DNA from: Sideroxydans sp.
GTDB lineage: Bacteria; Pseudomonadota; Gammaproteobacteria; Burkholderiales; Gallionellaceae
DNA length: 64,000 nucleotides
Direction: 5' to 3'
Assembly (NCBI GenBank): GCA_036170995.1
Contig: JAVHQF010000147.1
Coordinates: 15,632-79,631 of the forward strand
The notes beneath the pieces were generated by a model. It was not told the DNA's origin and searched no databases. It saw only the letters and a list, made by a program, of their open reading frames with translations. The position numbers and the translations under genes are program-made. Positions 9,784-18,833 of this stretch are shown here, in pieces. Numbering within the stretch: position 1 is the stretch's first letter; each line of letters opens with the position of its first letter.

Positions 9784-10011
9784 ATGCAGTCTTTCATCAT
9801 CGAAGGCATGCGCAAAAAGCCAAAACCTATTTTTCAACCTCGACAACTTTTGGTCAAACCACTGGACGGAGTACACGAAATGCTGGACAATGAAACGGTT
9901 TTCGCATCTATGCGAATTTCGCGACCATTAATGGTTGCCTTTATCTTTAACCCAATGGGGCCATCTGCTCCAATTGGGGTAGTCGGTCCCTTTTTTTTGG
10001 AGGGACTATGA
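9784..10011 (+). CDS. Possible small hypothetical protein
   Basis: 75-aa ORF, but it starts at a terminator and ends inside a leader element, so it may be spurious. Confidence 0.25.
   Translation: MQSFIIEGMRKKPKPIFQPRQLLVKPLDGVHEMLDNETVFASMRISRPLMVAFIFNPMGPSAPIGVVGPFFLEGL
9949..10007 (+). promoter_or_regulatory. Dispersed leader element, copy 4
   Basis: aacccaat-ggggccatctgctcc-aatt-ggggtagtcggtccc-T8-ggagggact-ATG; gtccctt pairs with gagggac. Confidence 0.6.
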
Positions 10012-11075
10012 ACGACAAAGCGGAAGATCTAGCATTCGGCCGCTGGCCGGAAATCCTTCAAGCACGAGGGATGTCAGCAAGTTACTTCAATCAAAAAAAT
10101 GGACCCTGTCCATTTTGCCCTGATGGTGGCGGCAAAGACCGGTATCGTTGGACGCAAAAGAAGTACGGCGGCGTGTGGGTCTGCAGTGCATGTACTGAAG
10201 GCAAATACGCAACTGGCTTCAACATGCTCATGAAGCACATGGGCTATCAAACATTTCGTGAGGCAGCTGACGACGTACGGGATTTCTTCGGAGCGAATCC
10301 GAATGTAAAACCGATACCGAGGGAGCAACGCCTTGCTATGGATGGTTCCATGACACCCGAAACCGTTCTTCGCAATCGAACACGAATGCTGAAGACTTGG
10401 GACGAGGGCTATGAAGTGACTACCGGTGATCCGGTTGACTTGTACTTGAACGCCCGCGTTAAGGGGCTGGATTTTGTACCTGCCAATATCAGATTCCACC
10501 CGGCATTGCCCTATTGGTCACCTCCGTCGGAAGGTCATGACAAGCCAGTGCTGCTTGGCCGATTTCCGGCGATGTTGGCGTATGCACAAGCACCTGACGG
10601 TTCGCTCGCTCAGTTGCACAAAACATACCTGACACTGCAAGGTGCCAAGGCGGATGTGCCACTGGTTAAGAAGACCGATCTTGGCGTTGGAGTTAACTCA
10701 TTCGCAGTGAGAATGTTGGAACCATATGGAGACGTGCTCGGTGTATGTGAAGGGTTTGAAACAGGTTGCGCTTCGGCAATGCTACGTGACATTCCAGTCT
10801 GGCCATGTCTGAATGGTCCAGCCATGTCAGAGTTTGAGCTACCACCGGAACTACGTGGACAAATTCGAAAACTGGTGATTTTCGAAGACTCAGATGAGCT
10901 CAAGGCTTTTGGTCGCAATCCTGACGGTTCCACGAAGTGGAGGCGGCCAGGTAGCGTCTATGCGCAAAAGCTTGCAGATCGCGCCCGTCAATGGGGGTTG
11001 AGGACTCTGATCATCAAGTCTGCGAAAGTTGGTGATGACATCGCTGACTACTGGAGTGCTCGGGCTGTTGCTTGA
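10008..11075 (+). CDS. DNA primase-like protein (N-terminal Zn ribbon plus TOPRIM domain)
   Basis: GPCPFC..GGGKDRYRW...WVCSAC Zn ribbon; IRFHP.L; LHKTYL; TOPRIM GVCEGFETG, IFEDSD, DDIAD. Confidence 0.85.
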   Translation: MNDKAEDLAFGRWPEILQARGMSASYFNQKNGPCPFCPDGGGKDRYRWTQKKYGGVWVCSACTEGKYATGFNMLMKHMGYQTFREAADDVRDFFGANPNVKPIPREQRLAMDGSMTPETVLRNRTRMLKTWDEGYEVTTGDPVDLYLNARVKGLDFVPANIRFHPALPYWSPPSEGHDKPVLLGRFPAMLAYAQAPDGSLAQLHKTYLTLQGAKADVPLVKKTDLGVGVNSFAVRMLEPYGDVLGVCEGFETGCASAMLRDIPVWPCLNGPAMSEFELPPELRGQIRKLVIFEDSDELKAFGRNPDGSTKWRRPGSVYAQKLADRARQWGLRTLIIKSAKVGDDIADYWSARAVA

Positions 11076-11091
11076 TGTGCTGTCGTTAAAG

Positions 11092-11135
11092 AAAAACCCC
11101 TTCCCAACGGTCAAACCGAGGCAAGGGGTTTTTTT
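11092..11135. terminator. Bidirectional intrinsic terminator
   Basis: aaaaacccctt...aaggggttttttt between convergent genes. Confidence 0.75.
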
Positions 11136-11193
11136 GGACTTTTTTACCTAAATTGGTAGCGGTAATCATCACGCCTTTAGGCCAGCGAAGGTG

Positions 11194-11931
11194 TCAAAGA
11201 CGCGCCATGACCTCTGAAGGCCTGATTGTCATGGCAATGACACCCAGATGATCAATACCGACAGTCTTAATGTAGTCTGGAGCCAGGCAGTTTCCGTCGG
11301 AGCCCAACGGAAGGATCATTGACATTTCCTTTCCCTTTTCCTCGGACCTTTTGGTAAAGGTCGATCGCCCTTGGTAGACCTCAATGCACTTCACGATTTC
11401 GAACTTGCGGTCAGACCACATGAGATAGAGCCAGTTTGGAATGGCCGCGACGGCATCATTCGCTTGTGTCCAGTTAACAATAAAGTCACCATCTGATACA
11501 CCAAACCCCATGAACCGCTTGGCCACTATGTAACTCCACACATTGTCTGGTGCCGTGAGCATTTCTTTTGAATCTGCAGTTGGGATGCGAATGACTATGT
11601 TTTCGCCTGTTCCGAGGGGCTTGACAAGACGAGTTTCCGGGGGATATTGAGCAATCGTTTCATCCAGAAAAAACCCGGGGAGACGACCTGTAACAGCGCA
11701 AATGACTACTAAAGTGTCCCAGTCTGGCATGAGAAACCCATTGAGCATTGCAGATGCATAGTCGGCATCCTGTTCAATAGCCGCTCCGAAAAAACGAGCT
11801 CGATCTAAAGCTATGGCAGGAGCACTAAGTGCATCAAGTGCGGTGTTAAGCCGACTAGTGAAACGTTTTTTGAGTAGTTGTGAGAGTGCCATTGATATGG
11901 TGTGTTTTGAAAACTCAGAACCAAGGCCCAT
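11194..11931 (-). CDS. XRE/CI-like helix-turn-helix transcriptional regulator (start may be ATG 11892)
   Basis: F.SRL..AL...RA......ASAMLNG..MPDW.TL..IC..TG....FFL pattern; divergent from the FlhDC-like pair. Confidence 0.65.
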   Translation of the reverse strand: MGLGSEFSKHTISMALSQLLKKRFTSRLNTALDALSAPAIALDRARFFGAAIEQDADYASAMLNGFLMPDWDTLVVICAVTGRLPGFFLDETIAQYPPETRLVKPLGTGENIVIRIPTADSKEMLTAPDNVWSYIVAKRFMGFGVSDGDFIVNWTQANDAVAAIPNWLYLMWSDRKFEIVKCIEVYQGRSTFTKRSEEKGKEMSMILPLGSDGNCLAPDYIKTVGIDHLGVIAMTIRPSEVMARL

Positions 11932-12084
11932 TGATCTTTTGTTGTGCTATTTTGTCTAATTTAGTCTGTTTTGCGTTGGATAAATAGCATTGATGAGCTA
12001 ATTTATTCGGGTTTTAGTGTAATAAAACACGTTTCTGAATGTAAAGTATGTAAACAGAATTCTCATGTATATAAGCAAAAACTT

Positions 12085-12684
12085 ATGAAAACCATAATTA
12101 AACCAACGCTGCATTCAGCGACGCGCATGTACCTACCCACTGTAGACAGAAGCATCCGTGACGAAAACAGATCCGCACTTTTGCGTCGTTGGTATTTTGT
12201 GGCATCTGATTTGGCAAACGACAACCGCATCTGCCAGCAGTGGTTCCCTGGTCAGCGAACGCTGCTTGAAGTCCTGTCTGTACTGTCCAAGGAAGAAGTG
12301 TTCGAGCTTGCAGAATGTGGGCTACCACTGTTTTCTATTCGTACACCCATGGTCGCACAGAACGATGTGTTTGAGACCCACGAACCAAAGAATGCCTTTC
12401 AGGCGGAAGCCATTGAAGAGGTGTTTATGGCGCTTATTTCACGTCTAGACGGTCTCAGGACGTCACATACACAGGCAGTCATGTTGTACGACCTGCAGCC
12501 CGCCCAAGCCAGCCTGATCAGTCGACACAGCCCGCGTGAACTACATGCCATCGCCACAGATCCAGCTGTGCTTTTGTTGCCGACTGTGGCAGACGAGTAT
12601 TTCGTTATCGCATCTACATCACATATGACGTTTCGCGAACGGACAGTCCTGGCTGGCACTGTGCGCAGGAAACGGGCGATGTAG
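12085..12684 (+). CDS. FlhD-like activator subunit (AcaD/SetD-type), apparently two FlhD-like repeats
   Basis: IRDEN...L...LS.EEVFELAECGLPLFSIR and second repeat ...A..LYDL..AQASLI...S.RELHAIA; directly upstream of the FlhC-like gene. Confidence 0.65.
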   Translation: MKTIIKPTLHSATRMYLPTVDRSIRDENRSALLRRWYFVASDLANDNRICQQWFPGQRTLLEVLSVLSKEEVFELAECGLPLFSIRTPMVAQNDVFETHEPKNAFQAEAIEEVFMALISRLDGLRTSHTQAVMLYDLQPAQASLISRHSPRELHAIATDPAVLLLPTVADEYFVIASTSHMTFRERTVLAGTVRRKRAM

Positions 12685-12706
12685 GTCTGTCACCCAAAAT
12701 TATCAA

Positions 12707-13414
12707 GTGAATATGGAGGTTGTCGAAATTATGCGCCTGGAAAAGAAAAAAGATGCTTCAAAAGTATCAGGTAATGCAGCTTCATCGAAGTCACGAATCA
12801 ATTTGTTTGATGATCCCCGCTGGGAGGAACGGTTCGATGTGCTCATTCGCCTGACCCAGAGGACGCAGCTGATCAAGAATTTGACCGGCATCGACATGCG
12901 GCCACAGAGAATCAAGGCAGCAATTGACAAGCGGCTGGCAGAAATGGGTGTCGATGTTCAACGTCCCAGGGGAAGTGGCCAAACCTATACCGCCAAGGGT
13001 TTTCTGCACAAAATGGTCGAAAAGTACGATGCAGCATACCTGTTAGGCCTGCATTTCGGGGCAAACGGTCCAGGTTCCCTTGCAAAATTCGACACCAATT
13101 TAGGCGTCGCCCTTGACAAACGCATGGAAACATACTTGCGCTACATAGCGGACATGTACGAGCGCAAAGAAGATGCATGCATCAGCTTCGAGACCTATAT
13201 CGTCATGATCGAAGGCATTAAAAACCACGAAGTCCCTATCCATACGTGCAAAGATTGCAGCAGCACCTATGTCTGGCCTGTTGGTTCATACGTGCGCCAT
13301 TCATGCCCAGTTTGCGCTGTGCACCAGCATGACGTGAAGGCATCTCGACAAAAGCTGGAAGACCGACTGGCCGACAAAATTAACAAATCTAATCGATTCT
13401 CAGCCGTCGGCTAA
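12707..13414 (+). CDS. FlhC-like activator subunit (AcaC/SetC-type)
   Basis: Y..Y.......ISFE....M........CKDCSSTY.......CPVC Zn finger typical of FlhC. Confidence 0.75.
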   Translation: MNMEVVEIMRLEKKKDASKVSGNAASSKSRINLFDDPRWEERFDVLIRLTQRTQLIKNLTGIDMRPQRIKAAIDKRLAEMGVDVQRPRGSGQTYTAKGFLHKMVEKYDAAYLLGLHFGANGPGSLAKFDTNLGVALDKRMETYLRYIADMYERKEDACISFETYIVMIEGIKNHEVPIHTCKDCSSTYVWPVGSYVRHSCPVCAVHQHDVKASRQKLEDRLADKINKSNRFSAVG

Positions 13415-13454
13415 TGGATGGATATAGGGTCTCAATTGATCCTTGCGCACATAT

Positions 13455-13479
13455 GCCTCCAAAATGGGGGCTTTTTTTT
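13455..13479 (+). terminator. Intrinsic terminator
   Basis: gcctcca-aaa-tgggggc followed by T8. Confidence 0.7.
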
Positions 13480-13612
13480 GGGGTGCAGCCTAGAGCACTG
13501 ACGAAAACGAATCTTTTAGACGCATTTTTTTAAAAGCCAAAAACCATCCAACACACCAAAAAACGTACGTTGAGTGAGTGCCATCAAAGAGTTGAGTTAG
13601 GACAATTCTGGC

Positions 13613-15523
13613 ATGGGAATGAAATGGCTATCCTCTTTAATATTTCGGAACAAACCAAGCTTGACGGTGTCATCTACCAAGCCCCAAAAAGGGGTGACAG
13701 CTAGCTCCGATCCGTCAACCGCGGTGCAAAACATCTACCCGCCAGACGATCAAGGACTTCCATTGCGGAAAGTTGAGGACTTGATTGCTGGCAATGAGAG
13801 TTTAATTTCACGAATTCGTCTGCATGCGGCTGCTGATGAGACAAAGTTCGACGTTCGGTATTTGATGCCAATCAGAAATTTGACAAGTCTGATTAACGCA
13901 TTACCTGGTTCTTCTTCTTCGTTGTTCTCAGGCGAGGGAGGATTGTTGCGTGCCTCCTTGGAAATGGCGTTTCTGTGCTTTCAGGCATCTGATGGCCGCA
14001 TTTTCACTGGGGCTGCAACGGTTGAAGTACGTCACAAACTGGAGCCTCGTTGGAGGTACATCTGCTTCTTGTCCGGTTTGCTGTACCCCATCGGCATTCC
14101 GCTGATTCGAATGGTCGTTTCTTCAAAAGGCGGAGAGTCCTGGCCAAAGCACCAATACGACATTTCTGAATGGGCTCATAACAACGACATTCCACGCGTC
14201 TACGTTAATTGGTCTGATGAGTCCAAATTGGATTCCAAGAAATTGCTTGGGCCAACCCCTTATACAGCATCAATCCTTCACAAAATTGTTGGGGCCGAAA
14301 ACCTTGGCTGGTTGGAGGAAGGGTCTCCAGATCTAACTCGGACTTTGTTCGAGCTTGTGGGGGGCGGCGAGACGACATCTCGAATCGCGCAGGATGTGAT
14401 CGGGACGATGTGGAAAAAGGTACAGGAACGTGAGGAGTCGCGCCGCCCACAAGCTTATGGTCGGTTGACAGTTGGCACTCATTTGACACCGTACCTTGTT
14501 GGCGCAATGCGATCCCTCGTAAACGATGGCAAGTGGGTTCCGAATGATGGTCCGCTGATCGTCGACAACACCGGTGTCTATTTGATTTGGCCCGAAGCAG
14601 GTGAAGAAATCGTAAAGCAAGGTGCCCGTGAGGGACGTGATGGCTGGCCGTCGGCGGTAGGTACTTTGGCAGAATTACTCAAGCAAGACGGCGTGTTTGA
14701 AATTTCGCATGGTAACGATATGGGGATGACGGAAGTCGTGGACAAGAGCGGTGAAGTTCATCAGGCGTACAAACTTAAGAAACCGACAACTGTAATTGAA
14801 ACTTACGATGCATCGGATTACCAGCATAAATCGCCAAAGACTTTGAGTGGTGTGCTACAGCGTGATCCTTTGGCAAAGGCCGAGGGTAGAGCTGGTGAAA
14901 AACAGGCAAATGTGACCCCGCCAAAAAATAAGGCCACGCTACAACAAGAGTCAGTAGAAACATTCCCCAAGGATGCGTCTGTGAATCTTGATACCGGAGA
15001 AATCAGCCTAAATCCTTTCGGCGGCAGCGAAGTCGAATGTAAAGGCGAAGTTAGTCAGCATGCCGATACCACTTCTACGAGTCAGACTCTACCAGTTGCA
15101 GCTGATACTGAACCTGCATTGCAAATGGCTGCGCCTGCACGTTCTCAGGAATTGACCGGCAAGATCAAGGAAGCAGTTGAAGTTAAGTTCAGTGATTTGG
15201 TTCCTGACGAAATTCGAAAGGAAATCAAAACAACGTTGACCATTGAACTACTGGGCAAGGTCATAAAGGCCTGGCGTGAGCGCGGTGAGCAAAGTACATC
15301 CATGCGGATGACAGATAACGGCGCAGCCATTGCAATGGAATTTTTGGGAACACTGATGCGAAGCATTCCTGATTGGGCGAATGAAATGGCCTCTGCTGGT
15401 TTGATATATGCACCTCCAGACCGTCCAGGACTGAAAGTACAGAAAGTAGCTATTCCAGAGGGTTCAAAGGCTAAGGAAGCGATCGTCATTTCACGATATG
15501 GCTGCAAGAAACTGGGACTGTGA
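13613..15523 (+). CDS. traI: MOBH/TraI_2-family relaxase homologue with degenerate catalytic motifs
   Basis: Aligns by eye with the MOBH N-terminal domain (LP.S.....GGLLR..LEMAF...QAS...IF....EPRWR...FLSGLL..IG), but HHH reads SLF, the next His reads A and HD reads YP; located immediately before traD. Confidence 0.8.
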   Translation: MGMKWLSSLIFRNKPSLTVSSTKPQKGVTASSDPSTAVQNIYPPDDQGLPLRKVEDLIAGNESLISRIRLHAAADETKFDVRYLMPIRNLTSLINALPGSSSSLFSGEGGLLRASLEMAFLCFQASDGRIFTGAATVEVRHKLEPRWRYICFLSGLLYPIGIPLIRMVVSSKGGESWPKHQYDISEWAHNNDIPRVYVNWSDESKLDSKKLLGPTPYTASILHKIVGAENLGWLEEGSPDLTRTLFELVGGGETTSRIAQDVIGTMWKKVQEREESRRPQAYGRLTVGTHLTPYLVGAMRSLVNDGKWVPNDGPLIVDNTGVYLIWPEAGEEIVKQGAREGRDGWPSAVGTLAELLKQDGVFEISHGNDMGMTEVVDKSGEVHQAYKLKKPTTVIETYDASDYQHKSPKTLSGVLQRDPLAKAEGRAGEKQANVTPPKNKATLQQESVETFPKDASVNLDTGEISLNPFGGSEVECKGEVSQHADTTSTSQTLPVAADTEPALQMAAPARSQELTGKIKEAVEVKFSDLVPDEIRKEIKTTLTIELLGKVIKAWRERGEQSTSMRMTDNGAAIAMEFLGTLMRSIPDWANEMASAGLIYAPPDRPGLKVQKVAIPEGSKAKEAIVISRYGCKKLGL

Positions 15524-17481
15524 TGGCTGAAAAAAGATTTGAACAATTGTTACGCCCTGCATTCGAGGCTCGTGCAGCAGTGGGCTGGGGAATTGCAGCG
15601 GTCTGGATGCTGATCTGCGCAGTCCTGGTTAATGCCCCTCGGGGTACGTTACTTGCCTCTGCAATACTGGCTGTGACAATGGCAGCATGGCGCATGTTTG
15701 GCGCTCAACGTCTTCTCAAATACAAGCTTTCTCTGTCTGGCAAGGAAGTGGTCATTATGAAAACCACCGATCTTCAGAAGGCGATGCCAAAGCTGGGTGA
15801 GAATCTTTGGCTGGGTTGGGGATATCGATGGGAACCTCGTCACACCCAACGGGCTTATGAAGTTCTCAAGCGCGATCTTGATGAGGTATATCCACCCCAA
15901 TGGTGGCTTCAGTGGATGGGCAAGAAGAACGACCCGCGCAAAGCCAAAGGTCTTCCATGGGTGCATGGGCTGGACATGAAGGAAAGTGATGTCCTGTTGC
16001 CTATTGAATCTTTGAAGGGGCACTGCGCAATCATCGCCACCACCGGCGCTATCAAAACGCGATTGGCTGCATTGATCATCTTTCAACTCGCACTTCGTGG
16101 CGACTGCGTCATCGTTATTGACCCCAAAGGGGATCGCGATCTGCGCGAGATATGCAGACAGGCGGCAACTTTGGCCGGACATCCAGAACGCTTTTTGATG
16201 CTTCATCCTGCGTTTGCATCCGAATCTGTCAGATTGGACTTGGTCAAGAACTGGGATCAAGTGTCCCAAGTCGCATCCCGAATCACCATGGTGTTGGGTT
16301 CACAGGAAAGTGACAATTTCAAAGAATTTTGCTGGATGGCTGTGCACCGGATTACCAACGGCATGAAATACATTGGCCGTCGTGTGAGTCTTTACAACCT
16401 CAAGACAGCAATGGAGTCGCGGGTTTCGGTTGAAAAGCTCACTGACCAAGTTCTGAGAAAATTCTTCAAGGATGATTGTCCGCAGTTGCTTGAATCCATC
16501 GAAAAGGAGATCAATGCTGCGAACTCTGCCGGAGGGAAGCGACAGGTAAATAAGAATGCTGTGGAGACCAACTCCCCGGAATTGAACGCGATGATCAAGG
16601 TCTTCATGTCCGAGGTTCCAGAGAGCCAGGATGAGGCAACGTTAACAGGGTTGCCTGCAAAGCCTGAAGAGATACGGGGCTTGGTTGCGATCTTGGAAGC
16701 CAACAAGGAATGGTTCGGCAAGATGATTGTCAGTATCACCCCACTGTTGACCAAGTTGACAACAGACGATTTGCGTGGATTGCTGTCACCCGACTACGAA
16801 GATATCAACGATCCTCGTCCCATCATGGACGGCAAGCGAATTGTTGAAGGTAATCACATCTTTTACATGGGTACCGACACCCTCGCTGATGAATCCGTAG
16901 GTAAGGCAATGTCTACCATGGCGCTTGCTGAGCTGTCATCAGTTGCAGCAGAAATTTACAACCATGGCTTATCAAAAGATGACGGTTCTCAACCTCGACG
17001 TGTTCACGTGGTGGTTGACGAATGGCGGGATGCAGCATGTGAGCCCATGATTCAACAAGCAAATAAAGGCCGGGGCGCTGGTTTTTTTATTTGGGCGATG
17101 GGTCAGACATTCTCAGATCTGGTAGACAAATTCGGCGGGAACACAGCACGTGCCCGCACGTTTATTGGCAACATGAACAATCTCATTGTCGGAGCAACAC
17201 AAGATCCCGACACGATGGACTTGATCATCGACAAGCTTGGAGAGACCTCGATCATTGTCAAAAGTCAATCCTCTGGGATGGGTTCAAAAACAGAAGACGT
17301 TGGGCTGGAGTTCAGTGCCAATCAAAGCGAATCTGTGTCAGAAAAGACCGTAGAGATATTCCCAAGGAGCTTGTTGCCTCAATTGCAAGACTTGCATTAC
17401 ATCGGGTTCTTCAATCGTGGCGAACTAATCAAGGGCCGCATTCCTGTCATTGTTCAGGACAAAGAGGCTACGCGCAAATGA
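15520..17481 (+). CDS. traD: Type IV coupling protein (SXT/PFGI-1-class TraD)
   Basis: N-terminal RPAFE plus two TM helices, LWLGWGYRW, PWVHG, IDPKGD, HPAF, Walker B VVVDE, NKGRGAG; Walker A is ATTGAIKT. Confidence 0.9.
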   Translation: MMAEKRFEQLLRPAFEARAAVGWGIAAVWMLICAVLVNAPRGTLLASAILAVTMAAWRMFGAQRLLKYKLSLSGKEVVIMKTTDLQKAMPKLGENLWLGWGYRWEPRHTQRAYEVLKRDLDEVYPPQWWLQWMGKKNDPRKAKGLPWVHGLDMKESDVLLPIESLKGHCAIIATTGAIKTRLAALIIFQLALRGDCVIVIDPKGDRDLREICRQAATLAGHPERFLMLHPAFASESVRLDLVKNWDQVSQVASRITMVLGSQESDNFKEFCWMAVHRITNGMKYIGRRVSLYNLKTAMESRVSVEKLTDQVLRKFFKDDCPQLLESIEKEINAANSAGGKRQVNKNAVETNSPELNAMIKVFMSEVPESQDEATLTGLPAKPEEIRGLVAILEANKEWFGKMIVSITPLLTKLTTDDLRGLLSPDYEDINDPRPIMDGKRIVEGNHIFYMGTDTLADESVGKAMSTMALAELSSVAAEIYNHGLSKDDGSQPRRVHVVVDEWRDAACEPMIQQANKGRGAGFFIWAMGQTFSDLVDKFGGNTARARTFIGNMNNLIVGATQDPDTMDLIIDKLGETSIIVKSQSSGMGSKTEDVGLEFSANQSESVSEKTVEIFPRSLLPQLQDLHYIGFFNRGELIKGRIPVIVQDKEATRK

Positions 17482-18089
17482 CTCAAGTAATTAATATCGG
17501 CAGCAGCGTGCGACGCAACAAGGCAATTATCCAGGATGGTTCTGTTGTCTGGGCTATAAATGAAATCACACCGAGGGCTCCTCATGCATGGCTGAATGAA
17601 ATAATCAGAAACAAGCCATATGAGAACTTGGCACACTCAATCTGGATGCACCAGCCAAACCTTCGCCTTGCGACAGAGAAGTTGGGTGGCTTTTTGACAC
17701 CTCTTTGGCCAGCCCCAGATGGAAGATCTCTTTGGGGCGGAGCCATTGAAAAGGCTGTCACAAAGGTAGACCTTGCCATTCAACGTGGCGAGAGTTACCA
17801 AGGTAGGGTCGTCGGTATCTATCTGTACTGGCTTGCAAGTTGCGTGCGCAATGTCGCTCGTATCAAGGTGCATGGTTATACCAAACAGGGTGATCAAATT
17901 GTTTGGAAGTACTTCTCTGAACCCTTGAGTACGTGGGTAAAGAGAAACGCCATCGATCACATCGAAGCCGTGCTTGCGGAAGATGAGCCTACCGAGGAAG
18001 TGACAACTGGTCTTCGAACACACTTGATTGCAAGTATCACTGATCCAGTAGATGCAGGCTACTTGGAAATGTACGCGCCGCGAGGATAG
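17478..18089 (+). CDS. Conjugation-associated hypothetical protein between traD and traJ
   Basis: ATGA overlap with the traD stop; positional equivalent of the ORF between traD and traJ in SXT/IncC. Confidence 0.65.
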   Translation: MTQVINIGSSVRRNKAIIQDGSVVWAINEITPRAPHAWLNEIIRNKPYENLAHSIWMHQPNLRLATEKLGGFLTPLWPAPDGRSLWGGAIEKAVTKVDLAIQRGESYQGRVVGIYLYWLASCVRNVARIKVHGYTKQGDQIVWKYFSEPLSTWVKRNAIDHIEAVLAEDEPTEEVTTGLRTHLIASITDPVDAGYLEMYAPRG

Positions 18090-18092
18090 GCA

Positions 18093-18731
18093 ATGAAGAA
18101 CAGTCAACATCTTGGATTTTGGTTAGCTGTCGTATTTCTGGGGTTTTTCATCGCGCCACTGATGAGAAGCGGTACCAGTATGGAAGCATTTGTTATTGAT
18201 GAAGTTCAACAAACCCGAAAAGCACTTGGGCCAAGGGTTGGAGATTTTGTAGTCAGCTTTGCCAATGGGGCGTTCCAAGATACCCCTCTTGGGATGGTTG
18301 CTCAAACAGCGAAATCCGCGCAGCACACCAAGGAAGAACAAGCTTTGTCAAAGAGGGTCGCGGGACCCGGTGGCGAGTTGATGTCATCTGTCTATAACAG
18401 CTATCTGCAAGGGCTGATCTTGCAGTCATTCGTGGTCGCGATGCGTCTAGCAATTGTCTTGATTTGGCTTATTGTCTTGGCTCCCATGCTAGGCGCATCT
18501 GTTTTTGATGGCTTCATGCAACGACGCATAAAGCGAGCTGAATTTGGTGCCATTCGTCCAGCTACCTTTACTGTTGCTGGAATGTTTGTAATTCCATTGC
18601 TCGCATTGCCATTGGTGTATCTGGTCATTCCTTTCAGTCTGTCGCCCCTACTTGCTCCTCTTTGGGCGTTGATCGTGGCATTGCCTTTGTCCTTGCTGGT
18701 ATCCAACATGCAGCCATTGTTCGGGCGCTGA
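18093..18731 (+). CDS. DUF4400-family membrane protein (TraJ of SXT/IncC)
   Basis: RLAIVLIW.......DGFMQRRIKRAEFG..RP, C-terminal TM helices with YL.IPF. Confidence 0.85.
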   Translation: MKNSQHLGFWLAVVFLGFFIAPLMRSGTSMEAFVIDEVQQTRKALGPRVGDFVVSFANGAFQDTPLGMVAQTAKSAQHTKEEQALSKRVAGPGGELMSSVYNSYLQGLILQSFVVAMRLAIVLIWLIVLAPMLGASVFDGFMQRRIKRAEFGAIRPATFTVAGMFVIPLLALPLVYLVIPFSLSPLLAPLWALIVALPLSLLVSNMQPLFGR

Positions 18732-18833
18732 TCCATACCTTTGTGCCATTGGCCGTGCGTCAATGGCTTTTTGCATCGTTTAAGCGCCATTGCTTGGGCA
18801 AAAAAATTGAACAGCGCTTTGAAAATCCCAAGC

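Noticed and set aside
12085-13414. Flagellar master regulator flhDC
   Set aside because: Very divergent and located directly before tra genes with no flagellar genes; better read as an AcaCD/SetCD-type activator
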